Of a DNA stretch of 64,000 nucleotides, positions 52,301 to 64,000 are shown piece after piece. Position 1 is the first letter of the stretch. Each line of letters opens with the position of its first letter. The stretch is from assembly GCA_964016885.1 (NCBI GenBank), contig OZ024755.1, positions 38,006,001-38,070,000 on the forward strand. The letters are read 5' to 3'. The notes beneath the pieces are model-generated. The model was not told the origin of the DNA and searched no databases. It worked only from the letters and a program-made list of their open reading frames with translations. The position numbers and the translations under genes are program-made. This DNA comes from Eledone cirrhosa. Lineage: Eukaryota.

Positions 52301-53811
52301 TTAACAAATAGAAAGAGGTTTTTCAAACTAAAACTGTTACAGTTTAACAAATAGAAAGAGGTTTTTCAAACTAAAACTATTACAGTTTAACAAATAGAAA
52401 GAGGTTTTTCAAACTAAAACTGTTGCAGTTTAACAAATAGAAAGAGGTTTTTCAAACTAAAACTGTTTCAATTTAACAAATAGAAAGAGGTTTTTCAAAC
52501 TAAAACTGTTACAGTTTAACAAATAGAAAGAGGTTTTTCAAACTAAAACTGTTACAATTTAACAAATAGAAAGAGGTTTTTCAAACTAAAACTGTTACAG
52601 TTTAACAAATAGAAAGAGGTTTTTCAAACTAAAACTGTTACAGTTTAACAAATAGAAAGAGGTTTTTCAAACTAAAACTGTTACAGTTTAACAAATAGAA
52701 AGAGGTTTTTCAAACTAAAACTGTTGCAGTTTATTAACAAATAGAAAGAGGTTTTTCAAACTAAAACTGTTGCAGTTTAACAAATAGAAAGAGGTTTTTC
52801 AAACTAAAACTGTTACAGTTTAACAAATAGAAAGAGGTTTTTCAAACTAAAACTGTTACAATTTAACAAATAGAAAGAGGTTTTTCAAACTAAAAGTGTT
52901 ACAGTTTAACAAATAGAAAGAGGTTTTTCAAACTAAAACTATTACAGTTTAACAAATAGAAAGAGGTTTTTCAAACTAAAAGTGTTACAGTTTAACAAAT
53001 AGAAAGAGGTTTTTCAAGCTAAAACTATTACAGTTTAACAAATAGAAAGAGGTTTTTCAAACTAAAAGTGTTACAGTTTAACAAATAGAAAGAGGTTTTT
53101 CAAACTAAAACTATTACAGTTTAACAAATAGAAAGAGGTTTTTCAAACTAAAACTGTTACAGTTTAACACATAGTAAGAGGTTTTTCAAACTAAAACTGT
53201 TCCAATTTAACAAATAGAAAGAGGTTTTTCAAACTAAAACTGTTACAGTTTAACAAATAGAAAGAGGTTTTTCAAACTAAAACTGTTCCAATTTAACAAA
53301 TAGAAAGAGGTTTTTCAAACTAAAACTGTTACAGTTTAACAAATAGAAAGAGGTTTCTCAAACTAAAACTGTTACAGTTTAACAAATAGTAAGAGGTTTT
53401 TCAAACTAAAACTATTACAGTTTAACAACTAGAGGTTTTTCAAACTAAAACTGTTGCAGTTTAACAAATAGAAAGAGGTTTTTCAAACTAAAACTGTTAC
53501 AATTTAACAAATAGAAAGATGTTTTTCAAACTAAAACTGTTACAATTTAACAAATAGAAAGAGGTTTTTCAAACTAAAACTGTTACAGTTTAACAAATAG
53601 AAAGAGGTTTTTCAAACTAAAAGTGTTACAGTTTAACAAAGAGAAAGAGGTTTTTCAAACTAAAACTGTTACAGTTTGACAAATAGAAAGAGGTTTTTCA
53701 AACTAAAACTGTTACAGTTTAACAAATAGAAAGAGGTTTTTCAAACTAAAACTGTTACAGTTTAACAAATAGAAAGAGGTTTTTCAAACTAAAACTGTTA
53801 CAGTTTAACAA
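49348..53811. repeat. 43-bp satellite (AAATAGAAAGAGGTTTTTCAAACTAAAACTGTTACAGTTTAAC), about 104 copies
   Basis: Direct periodicity; starts about 75 bp after the second SoHo exon. Confidence 0.98.
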
Positions 53812-54244
53812 ACATACACATACATTCACACAAACACACACACATACATTCACACATACATTCACACAAACACACACACATACATTCACACAAACACACA
53901 TACATTCACACAAACACACATACATTCACATACACACACAAACACATACATATTCACACAAACACATACATGCATTCACACAAACACATACATGCTTTCA
54001 CACAAACACACATACATACATATATTCACACAAACACACCCACACATAGTGTTTTACCACCCCCTTCCTTCCCTTTACACACACATACATTCACAAAGGC
54101 AGCAGACATAAAGTTAGAGGAGTAGTATGAAGTAGTCAGCCTACTCCTCTCTCTTTAGGTGTTGTGACAGAATGGTAGAAATGTATAGATTGTGCTAAAA
54201 ATAACCATGTTTGTGTGATTGACACAGTTTTCAAAGATTTATGT

Positions 54245-55910
54245 CTTTCCTGATATCTTCTAAGGCACTAGTTTACATCTGATATCACTCTTTTCTGATA
54301 TCTTCTAAGGCACTAGTTTACATCTGATATCTCTCTTTGCTGATATCTTCTAAGGCACTAGTTTACATCTGATATCTCTCTTTCCTGATATCTTCTAAGG
54401 CACTAGTTTACATCTGATATCACTGTTTCCTGATATCTTCTAAGGCACTAGTTTACATCTGATATCTCTCTTTCCTGATATCTTCTAAGGCACTAGTTTA
54501 CATCAGATATCTCTCTTTCCTGATATCTTCTAAGGCACTAGTTTATGTCTGATATCTCTCTTTCCTGATATCTTCTAAGGCACTAGTTTACATCAGATAT
54601 CTCTCTTTCCTGATATCTTCTAAGGCACTAGTTTACATCTGATATCACTCTTTCCTGATATCTTCTAAGGCACTAGTTTACATCTGATATCTCTCTTTCC
54701 TGATATCTTCTAAGGCACTAGTTTACATCAGATATCTCTCTTTCCTGATATCTTCTAAGGCACTAGTTTACATCAGATATCACTCTTTCCTGATATCTTC
54801 TAAGGCACTAGTTTACATCTGATATCTCTCTTTCCTGATATCTTCTAAGGCACTAGTTTACATCTGATATCTCTCTTTCCTGATATCTTCTAAGGCACTA
54901 GTTTACATCAGATATCTCTCTTTCCTGATATCGTCTAAGGCACTAGTTTACATCTGATATCTCTCTTTCCTGATATCTTCTAAGGCACTAGTTTACATCT
55001 GATATCTCTCTTTCCTAATATCTTCTAAGGCACTAGTTTACATCTGATATCTCTCTTTCCTGATATCTTCTAAGGCACTAGTTTACATCTGATATCTCTC
55101 TTTCCTGATATCTTCTAAGGCACTAGTTTACATCTGATATCTCTCTTTCCTGATATCTTCTAAGGCACTAGTTTACATCTGATATCTCTCTTTCCTGATA
55201 TCTTCTAAGGCACTAGTTTACATCTGATATCTTTCTTTCCTGATATCTTCTAAGGCACTAGTTTACATCAGATATCTCTCTTTCCTGATATCTTCTAAGG
55301 CACTAGTTTACATCAGATATCTCTCTTTCCCGATATCTTCTAAGGCACTAGTTTACATCAGATATCTCTCTTTCCTGATATCTTCTAAGGCACTAGTTTA
55401 CGTCTGATATCTCTCTTTCCTGATATCTTCTAAGGCACTAGTTTACATCAGATATCTCTCTTTCCTAATATCTTCTAAGGCACTAGTTTACATCAGATAT
55501 CTCTCTTTCCTGATATCTTCTAAGGCACTAGTTTACATCTGATATCTCTCTTTCCTGATATCTTCTAAGGCACTAGTTTACATCAGATATCTCTCTTTCC
55601 TGATATCTTCTAAGGCACTAGTTTACATCTGATATCTCTCTTTCCTGATAACTTCTAAGGCACTAGTTTACATCAGATATCTCTCTTTCCTGATATCTTC
55701 TAAGGCACTAGTTTACATCAGATATCTCTCTTTCCTGATATCTTCTAAGGCACTAGTTTACATCAGATATCTCTCTTTCCTGATATCTTCTAAGGCACTA
55801 GTTTACATCAGATATCTCTCTTTCCTAATATCTTCTAAGGCACTAGTTTACATCAGATATATCTTTTTCCTGATATCTTCTAAGGCACTAGTTTACATCT
55901 GATATCTCTC
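54245..55910. repeat. 45-bp minisatellite (TGATATCTTCTAAGGCACTAGTTTACATCWGATATCTCTCTTTCC), about 37 copies
   Basis: Direct periodicity. Confidence 0.98.
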
Positions 55911-56176
55911 TACACATTGTTTTATCCTATATCTAAGATATATATGTTTTATCTAGTTTAATATACTCTTTTATACATGTTTTCTTGCAGATTTATAATT
56001 ATACTTGTATCTTAATAATTTTTCAGAGTGGACTGTTAATTTTTTTCTTGGTGTGGTGGGGGTTTTATTCACTCACCAGTATTGTATCCTACATTAGGCC
56101 AAAAGAAATGTTGTTGTGACATTGTCCCTGATGTCTATAAATTCAATTTATCTAAAATACTATGTCTGTTCAATTA

Positions 56177-56340
56177 CAGTAATTCCTGGTGTCGAAGACG
56201 CTATTTTTTCCCTAAAATAAGTCTAAAAAATCTACCATCCTGGAGGCCGAAGGTTGTTTATTATTTTTTTTCAAATTTTTGGTTGTCAAAATTAGGGTGG
56301 GTCCTCGAGAATGAAGCGTGTTCAGCACCGGGAAATACGG
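56177..56340. mobile_element. Tc1/mariner (pogo/Tigger-like) MITE
   Basis: TA-flanked TIRs cagtaattcctggtgt.gaagacgc / gcgtgttcagcaccgggaaatacgg. Confidence 0.75.
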
Positions 56341-56542
56341 TACATATAATGTATAGGTGAATTGTTTTATTATGTAATATAAGCAAAGCAAATATTTCAA
56401 GTGTCCTGTTAACTGAATCAAGCGCTGCCAGATTATTATAAAAAAATAATCAATTTTCTTTTTTTTTTTCATTTTTCTTTTGTGTATTTTTCCTAATACA
56501 TAACTAACTGTTATTGGAAATATTTATAGAAAATATTTGATA

Positions 56543-57116
56543 ACCCTTTTGATATCATTCTACCTGAAACTACTCCTGATTCTATGATACAAAACTGTTT
56601 GTTTTAAAGTGTTTATATTTATCTAAACACCTTCCATTAATGTTTACGATCTGAGTTCAAATCCCGCCGAGGTTGACTTTGCCTTTCATCCTTACGGGGT
56701 CGATAAAATAAAGTACCAGTAATACACTGGGATAATTGCTGGCCTTGTGCCAAAAGTAGAAACAATTAATGTTTGGGTGGATTGGCAGTATCAGTAGAGG
56801 GTCGGACACCATGCTTTCCAGCATAGTTACGTCCCTTTACGGTCTGAGTTCAAATCCTGCCGAGGTTAACTTTGTCTTTCATCCTTACGGGGGTCGATAA
56901 ACTAGTACCAGTAATGCACTGGGATAATTGCTGGCCTTGTGCCAAAAGTAGAAACAATTTTAAGTTTTATAGAACAACATTTAAGATATGTTCCAAACTA
57001 GTTTGATAGTAAAAAGGCAACTATTTTACAAAACACCTCAAATTCTTGAATATTTTCAAAATTATTTGCAAATCATAGACAGTGAATTTCATTGGAAATT
57101 TGGTAACAAAAGGGTT
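56543..57116 (+). mobile_element. piggyBac-type MITE family B split by two SINE insertions. Relatives at about 12930-13140(-), 20025-20265, 22030-22255, 29328-29685
   Basis: CCCTTTT...AAAAGGG termini and shared internal sequence among the copies. Confidence 0.65.
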
Positions 57117-57231
57117 GGTATTGTTTTCGTTTGTATTTTCTTCTTTAAAGACATATTTTATGTTGCAATATCTTTGTTGATCTATTTGTTTCTATACTGT
57201 AAATGTCTTTTACGTTAAATTTTATTTTCAG

Positions 57232-57279
57232 ATGTTCTAGGGATCAATGATCTCGTTGAATCAATCCTTCGTGAAGCAG
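57232..57279 (+). CDS. Putative symmetric micro-exon (48 nt, phase 1-1): (D)VLGINDLVESILREA
   Basis: Acceptor aattttattttcAG and donor CAG|GTGCAT. Open in the phase left by the 49197 exon, and the peptide looks like an amphipathic helix. Confidence 0.55.
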
Positions 57280-59619
57280 GTGCATTCTTGAGCTTTGTTA
57301 TATAATAAAACACTTGCCTGTATTTTTGTTGCACATGCAGAACATATCAACAATATGCTGTATGCTTCATCTGAACTCCCCTTAGCATCTTTATATAAAA
57401 CACTCCTGTACTAATACCAAAGTTTGATGTAAAAGATGTTGAATTTGAAGTGAATGACCATCACTCATTCTTTGTTTTTTTTTTTCTCAAAAACGTTAAG
57501 GTACCTTGTTGTATGTTTATAATCATTAGAATATGGTGTTTAATTAACTCATTAGATTTAGTATGCATATTTGGATTTAACCTTTTTAGTACCAGATCAA
57601 CCATTTGTAAGTCCTTTCCCACTCTCATAATTTATAATTTATTTATAATCCAGGATTCTTATGTTTGTTGGTCAAAGCTATGTTTTCAATAATATAGGTG
57701 CAAGTCAGACATTTAGTTAACTGAACAACTAAATACTCATTGTGAAAATCAATAAGTATCTTATCATTATTAGATATTAATCTCCTATAGGTTGGCTTCT
57801 AAATTTTCAACCTTTTAAGGCCAAATACATTCTCCCATTTTTCACTTTTCTCCTGCTTTCAACAAACTTCATTAAATGTTGATGTAAATCTTCAAATGAA
57901 ACTACAGATTATTTTCATACTTTGTGCTGTTCCAGATAATAAATTTATTTTCCAATATGCAATAGAAGGTTCATATAATCTAATCACAAACTTCAGTCTA
58001 TTAAACCTCCTTGTTTCTAGGATATATCTCAATCATTTGTTTGCATTCAGGGTAGGACTTGGGCCTGTATCATTAAAACATCATAGAAATCTATCATATG
58101 CAACCTTGTAGGAGGCCAGATAAACCTAAACCCTACATTGGTGTGAGTTGTAACATTTACTATAAGTGTGAAATATCTTCATATTTGTCTCCACTAACTC
58201 CTTCCATTCAGCATATGTATTATCATTCCCCTTTGTAATTTCAACTTCTTTATCATAATTATTAACTAAAGCCTCTATAGTTTTAACTTTTTATTATCTG
58301 TTTGTGTTTAGTATTTTCATGTGCTAATAAAATGTGCCTTTCAGTTGAAATCAACTCGGTGGAATTTAAAATAACTAGTTTGACAAACTGTTTTCTTTAA
58401 CTCTAAATAAAACTTTCTGACCTTTCTATTTGCTCTTGTCGTTTTCTCTTTCTTTCCTCACACACAGTTATATAACTTCCACATTTCTAAACTACTTTTC
58501 CTCTCATACAATGAAATGGAGTCAATCACTTATATATATAATTCTTCCTCAATTATTTAATAATTTATCTGTCTCTTCAACATGTTTCTTCTCAGTCCAT
58601 ACTAAAATAATTCTCTCAGTTTTATTTTCAATAGATCTGTTTTGGAATAATGAATCTTATGAAAATGTTAATTTTAGCTACATCAAATATTTGATTCATT
58701 TTTATTCTCACTTTCAAGATCAACAATACCATTTTTCACTTTTTAGAATATTTGTATCAGATTGATTCTGATCCCATCATTACAGAACTTTGCACTTATA
58801 AAATACTTTGTAAGTTTTATAATTCTATCACAGGCAGATGGCCTAGTGAAGGCTTCACTGGTTTAGTGGTTAGAGAATTGGATTCACAATCATGATGTCA
58901 CAAGTTTGATTCCTACCAGGCAATGCATCATGTCCTTGAGCAAGACACTGTATTTCACATTGCTCTTTCTGCCAGGAGTTTCAAATGTTAGTTAGTATAA
59001 TATTTAACAAATTCCACATCACTCGGTAAACGAGTGAGGTCTGGGATCTTGTTGATTGATTTGATTGTATGGTTTAGGGTGTTAGACTAATAATCATAAA
59101 GTCATGGGTTCAATATCTCGATTGGTTATCACATTCTTTTATTGGTCAAAATCCTTTGTTACTCCTTCTATCAAGAGGTGCGACTGGCAGATAGTATTAG
59201 CAATAAAACGACCAATAGAAACATTTCTTTGGTCTGATCTAATGATCAGCTTCTTTCCTTTATCGTAGACCTAAGATTTCCTTCTTTCTTTTTTATGAGC
59301 CATTTTCTTTATTCTCTTTCACTTATTTAAGTCATAGTCTATTATATACTTTTTCATCAATTTTAGTCACCAAGAATCTGTTAAATATCTTTTTGTTTTG
59401 AGCAAGAGGTAAGCTCTCATCAAACTAGTTCAATGAATCCTATTTGATCCAGTTCACTTCCCTGAAATATTATTAAGCAAGGCAATAAGCATTATTGCAT
59501 CTCATTACCCTAATATTTAAATCTGTATCATTGTGTCTAAGTAAAGAAATCAATATTTTAAAATAATCTAATCTTTTAATCAACTTTTGATATTTCTAGA
59601 TCTAAATGAACATCAAGAT

Positions 59620-59995
59620 TATTATTATTTCCATTATTATTTTTATTGCGCATCATCACTGCTTTACCGAGCACAGCGCTGTGTTCCTTGGCTATGTGCA
59701 GTATAGTTATTGCTGATGTTGTTTCTATTGTATTGATAGTACTTTTCATAATATATGTGCAGTACCTAGTAGTGCTATCTTTTGTATGCTGTATATATTT
59801 GTAAGTCCTGGGGTACTCTATATAATGTATATATGGTACCTAGTAGTGCTATCTTTTGTATGTTGTATATATTTGTAAGTCCTGGGGTTTTGACTATGTA
59901 TCTGTCTGTGTGTTTTTCTATTATTCCCAGAGCACCTATTATTATAGGTATTGTTTCTGTTTTCATTTTCCACATTCAAGTTATTTCTATCTCTT
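59620..59995 (-). pseudogene. 3' end of an R4/Dong-like element with 3' UTR and (TAA)n-like tail
   Basis: EIEIT..MWKMKTETIPIIIGALGIIEKHTDRYIVKTPGLTNIYNIQKIALLGT; same family as 31300-31452. Confidence 0.8.
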
Positions 59996-61029
59996 GTGTT
60001 ATTAAGCAGTTAGTTTAATCTTTTAATCTCAGATCAATTTTTAAAAAAATATTCAACTTGTGAAAGCTATGAATAATAGCTTTCACAAGTTGAATATTCT
60101 TTTAAAACAGGTGTGAATGAGGTTCTGTATTTGTCACTGTCAACCATTCTCTCCCTCATGTAAAATACTTGCTCTGTTCACTTTTTTATTTCAACCTGCT
60201 GCTTCTTTACTAACTGTCCTATTTTTACCTCAACTTGCTTCTTCTTTACTAATTGTCCCATTTTTACAAGAACCCTCATCCTCTAAAACAATCCTATATA
60301 TATATTTTGCTGGTCTGTTCCCTATCCTCTACAACATCTTTTGTTTTTCTTTGATAATAGTTTAATGCCTTATTTTACATTCCAGCTTCTGTTGTCTTAT
60401 AACTTCAACTGTAGTATAGTTGTATTGATTATTGGTGTAGTTCTTATCAAAATACTTTACACTGGACCGGAAAAAGTACGTTTTAGTCAATATAAATACA
60501 TAGAAGCAAACAGAGAAAAATGTACTCTACATTAAAAGTACAATGGAAGACTTATGTCTAGTTTTATAAACAACATAACCATCAGGTCAATAACTAAGTT
60601 ATGATACTTAGCCACTGGCTTCATGAGACACTCCTGGCTTCTGGCTTCTGGCTTCAAATCAAAGCTGAATCTCTTAGTTATTATAATTAAGGTCCACTCC
60701 CACTGTAGTATCTTGAATTGTTGAAAAAAACTTGGAGCAGCCAAAACTACAGGAGTTATCTCCCTTGCTTACTTCTCCTCACCTAAACACCCCTGAAGAG
60801 ACTTTTGGTGGTATCTTTTTTCAGTCTCAAGAGGCATCATGATCAAAACCTTGAGGCCATTGATACCATTTCCTTCAGACAATGAATATTTTCTGATATT
60901 GAGATAACTCCACAAATATTTATGGTTGATATATAATACATCCAATCTAATGCACTAGATTTGATTTAGACATCCTATCCTATCCTTGGTTGTCCAGTGG
61001 AACACCCCACTAATTCCACATGTTGCTTT

Positions 61030-61640
61030 CATTCGTGATGGTCTTGGACTCTTTTACTGTCTCCATCTCTGTGTCTTCTAGCAGAGTATCCACATAGGTG
61101 ATATTTTCTCCTTCTTCTACAGTTCTTCCCTCAGTAGGTTGCCAGCTTATCTCAGTGTTTTATACAGTGGCCTGGGAGTTTCACCCTTCCTCTATAGGTT
61201 CTTCCTTCAGTAGGTTTCCAGAGCACTAAATTGATTGCCACCTTATCACAGTGTTTAATGGAGTGGCCTGGGAGTTGCACCCTTCCTCTACAGGTTCTTC
61301 CCTCAGTAGGTTACCAGAGCACTATCTTGTATGACACCTCATCATTGTGTCTGATGCAGTGGCCTGCGAGTGACATCTTTCTTTGTCGAAGTTTTAATGA
61401 AACTTTTGGAGACTCATCATAAAGTTCTGCATTTGCTCCATCATGGCTTCTCCAAGATACATTGAGTACCATTCTCACCATTCTAGTGTAGCATCCATCC
61501 AATTGTTTCTTTAAGGCCATAAGTGTCCATGTTTCTGCTCAATAAAGCAGAACAGATTCTACTGTAGCCATGAAAAATCTAACCTTCAATCTTCTTGGTA
61601 GCTTGGAGCTCCATATCTTTCTTAATTTATGTCATGCTGT
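61030..61640 (-). pseudogene. Decayed RTE-like LINE C-terminal fragment with local duplications
   Basis: KIWSSKLPRRLKVRFFMATVESVLLY*AETW...LDGCYTRMVRMVLNVSW...LRQRKMSLAGHCIRH. Confidence 0.78.
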
Positions 61641-61973
61641 CCACACTATAAGCTATTTATTTTAGTGGGTTACTTAATATTACATTCTTCATTCCAAAAG
61701 GGAATGTTTAATTAACTCTGATAGAATTTCACCATAGCATTCTGAGTCCCTGAATGTTAATTAATGAGATTTTTTTCGTTTTATCTTCTTTTTTTTTTAC
61801 CATTTTAGTTCAATGGTTTTTACCAGTAATTCACTGTTCTGTTTTATGACTCAATATTTTATTGACTGGTTTAGCCTCTTCTGCAAGGGAACCTGTTATA
61901 TGTATTTATATTATATGCTTCATAGCATAGTATTATTTCTATCTCCATTACCAAGATTAATGTATACATATAT

Positions 61974-62032
<59 letters not shown>

Positions 62033-62606
62033 ATGAGAAAATCTCAATGCAAGGATAGCTGCCAAAACAGCAAAATGCCATCAATGACGGCATCGGATAA
62101 AATCTTACCTCAAAGGACAGGAATAAACAGCTAGAAGTGTGTTTACCTGGGGAAGTGGTAGAGAGGAGCAAAGGAAGAAAATGGAGAAAATGAAAATGAA
62201 TGAGACAAAATTTCACAAACATCATGTCGCACCCTCAGCCCTCATACCGGAATGTGTTTTTCACATGATTTAAAATGGAGGGGGACTACATATAATTGCC
62301 GGCTCGTGCAACAGAAATTAAATATTTCTGCTCATATGATGTGTTTGACAAAATAATTTTTTTATAAAAATTATTTTGTGAAACCCTAGAATATTTTTGT
62401 CGAACCTAGACTGGGCAATACTGGGAATAGTTTTTTATCAAAACTGTTTCAAGATTTCATTATTGAATGACTACAGTATGATGCTTATTGTAGGGTATGA
62501 TCACATTGGGGGACTTTTAACTTGTAAGTATTTGCATCAAGTCTGGTTTTCCTTCCCACCACTCTTGGAGGCTATAAAAATGGTGATTGGCACTGCCCTT
62601 CCTTCC

Positions 62607-62806
62607 NNNNNNNNNNNNNNNNNNNNNNNNNNNNNNNNNNNNNNNNNNNNNNNNNNNNNNNNNNNNNNNNNNNNNNNNNNNNNNNNNNNNNNNNNNNNNN
62701 NNNNNNNNNNNNNNNNNNNNNNNNNNNNNNNNNNNNNNNNNNNNNNNNNNNNNNNNNNNNNNNNNNNNNNNNNNNNNNNNNNNNNNNNNNNNNNNNNNNN
62801 NNNNNN
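62607..62806. other. Assembly gap (200 N)
   Basis: Run of N; continuity across it is unverified. Confidence 1.
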
Positions 62807-63865
62807 ATTTTGAGAACAATACCTTAACATCAGTAAGAGCAGCCAGTTTGAACAGAAAGAGGTGAGAGAATTCTGGCCAGATATGACCGGTTTAAATGCT
62901 AAAAGGTTAAAGAGTTAAATTAACATTCTACCATCTTGAAATAGAAAGTACACATTTGATAATGTAGTCTTAGATATGTAATGCCAGAGGAAAAGATGGG
63001 AGAGCCATAGCTACAATAGCTTATATCATAGATCTGCTCTGTTAGGGCTTCCTCTGGGGTTAAACAACAATAAAAACATTGAACATTTAAAAGAAATAAG
63101 AAATACCAATATATTCAGATGCTGATTAAAAATAAAAACGTTCATCCTTGTGACAGCATGTGAGCACACATACATGCAACTCGCTGCACTGAGGCATCAC
63201 TAGGGTAACCTGTAGTTGCTGCAAGTATTGTCAGCTTTGCTCGAGGGCACAATGCACCACCTGGTCTGGGAATTGGACCTATGTTCAAATGACAGTATTG
63301 ACAATGGAACACATACATATACAAGATTGCACCACACACACACATTTTAAGGCCATACCCCCTGCCAGAGCACATATTAATCCTTGCAGGTACCATGACT
63401 AGCTTTATACTTTTGGAAGCAGTATTTTATGGCCAGATGTCTTTCCTGGTACTAATCCTTTTAGATGCTTCTTACAACATGCAGGGATACAGTGTGTCGA
63501 TTCTAAACTGGATTACCCGACCTCCCATGGGTACAAGCTGAAGCATATAGACAATATGCCCCCACACCCCCCACCGCAAGGTGGTTGTGGAGGTGCCACG
63601 GCAAAAAAGCACCCAGCCCGCACTGTAAAGTGGACGTGTAGGCGCCACGAAAAAGCACCCAGCACTCACTGTAAATGAGGTTGGTGTTAGGAAGTGCATC
63701 CAGCTGTAGAAGTCAAGCCAGATCAGTTCCCGTATGAGCAAGGCATGGTCAGCCGACCAGACACTGCCCACAACAGGACAACCCGTCTAACCCATGCTAG
63801 CGTGGAAGAACGGACGTAAAACGGTGATGATGGTGATGATGATGATGATGACACACAGATGTGTG

Positions 63866-63900
<35 letters not shown>

Positions 63901-64000
63901 TAGCGTGGAAAAATAGACGTAAAATGGTGATAATAATATATCATCATCCTCATCATCATTTTACGTCTGCTTTTCCCTGCTTGTAAGGATGGGACGGGTC

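Noticed and set aside
49348-55910. CRISPR-like appearance of the 43 and 45-bp arrays
   Set aside because: Units are contiguous with no unique spacers, there are no cas genes, and the context is a eukaryotic intron.
58345-58400. Possible extra exon after ctaat...cctttcAG
   Set aside because: No convincing donor before in-frame stops; not supportable without transcript data.

Overview
AT-rich animal genomic DNA. The SINE, RTE and microsatellite make-up suggests an octopus or other coleoid cephalopod, but that is inference. The window lies inside one large + strand gene of the SORBS/CAP/vinexin adaptor family. Seven small phase-compatible coding exons (7575-57279) splice into one open frame that contains the sorbin-homology (SoHo) motif YEGIGPLD..GIP..R....HDWYKQMYKTLH; the start codon and the SH3 exons lie outside the window. 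Almost everything else is intron: tRNA-derived SINEs, decayed RTE, R4/Dong-like, CRE-like and Tx1-like LINE pieces, piggyBac, hAT and Tc1-type MITEs, eight large minisatellite arrays, microsatellites and a 200-N gap. All long ORFs in the supplied track are repeat artefacts. The most interesting signal is a set of unrelated short elements, mostly fold-backs sitting in (TA)n tracts, that carry type I hammerhead-ribozyme cores (CUGANGA...GAAA...UH with paired stems, often followed by AATAAA). This matches the architecture of Penelope-like pLTRs and retrozymes. One sense-strand copy (37065-37142) has a full stem III and an unusual insertion that could form a pseudoknot. Two minisatellites can be traced to transposon sequence: a piggyBac-type terminus and the catalytic PD motif of a retrotransposon endonuclease. 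All structures were paired by eye and none has been computed or tested.
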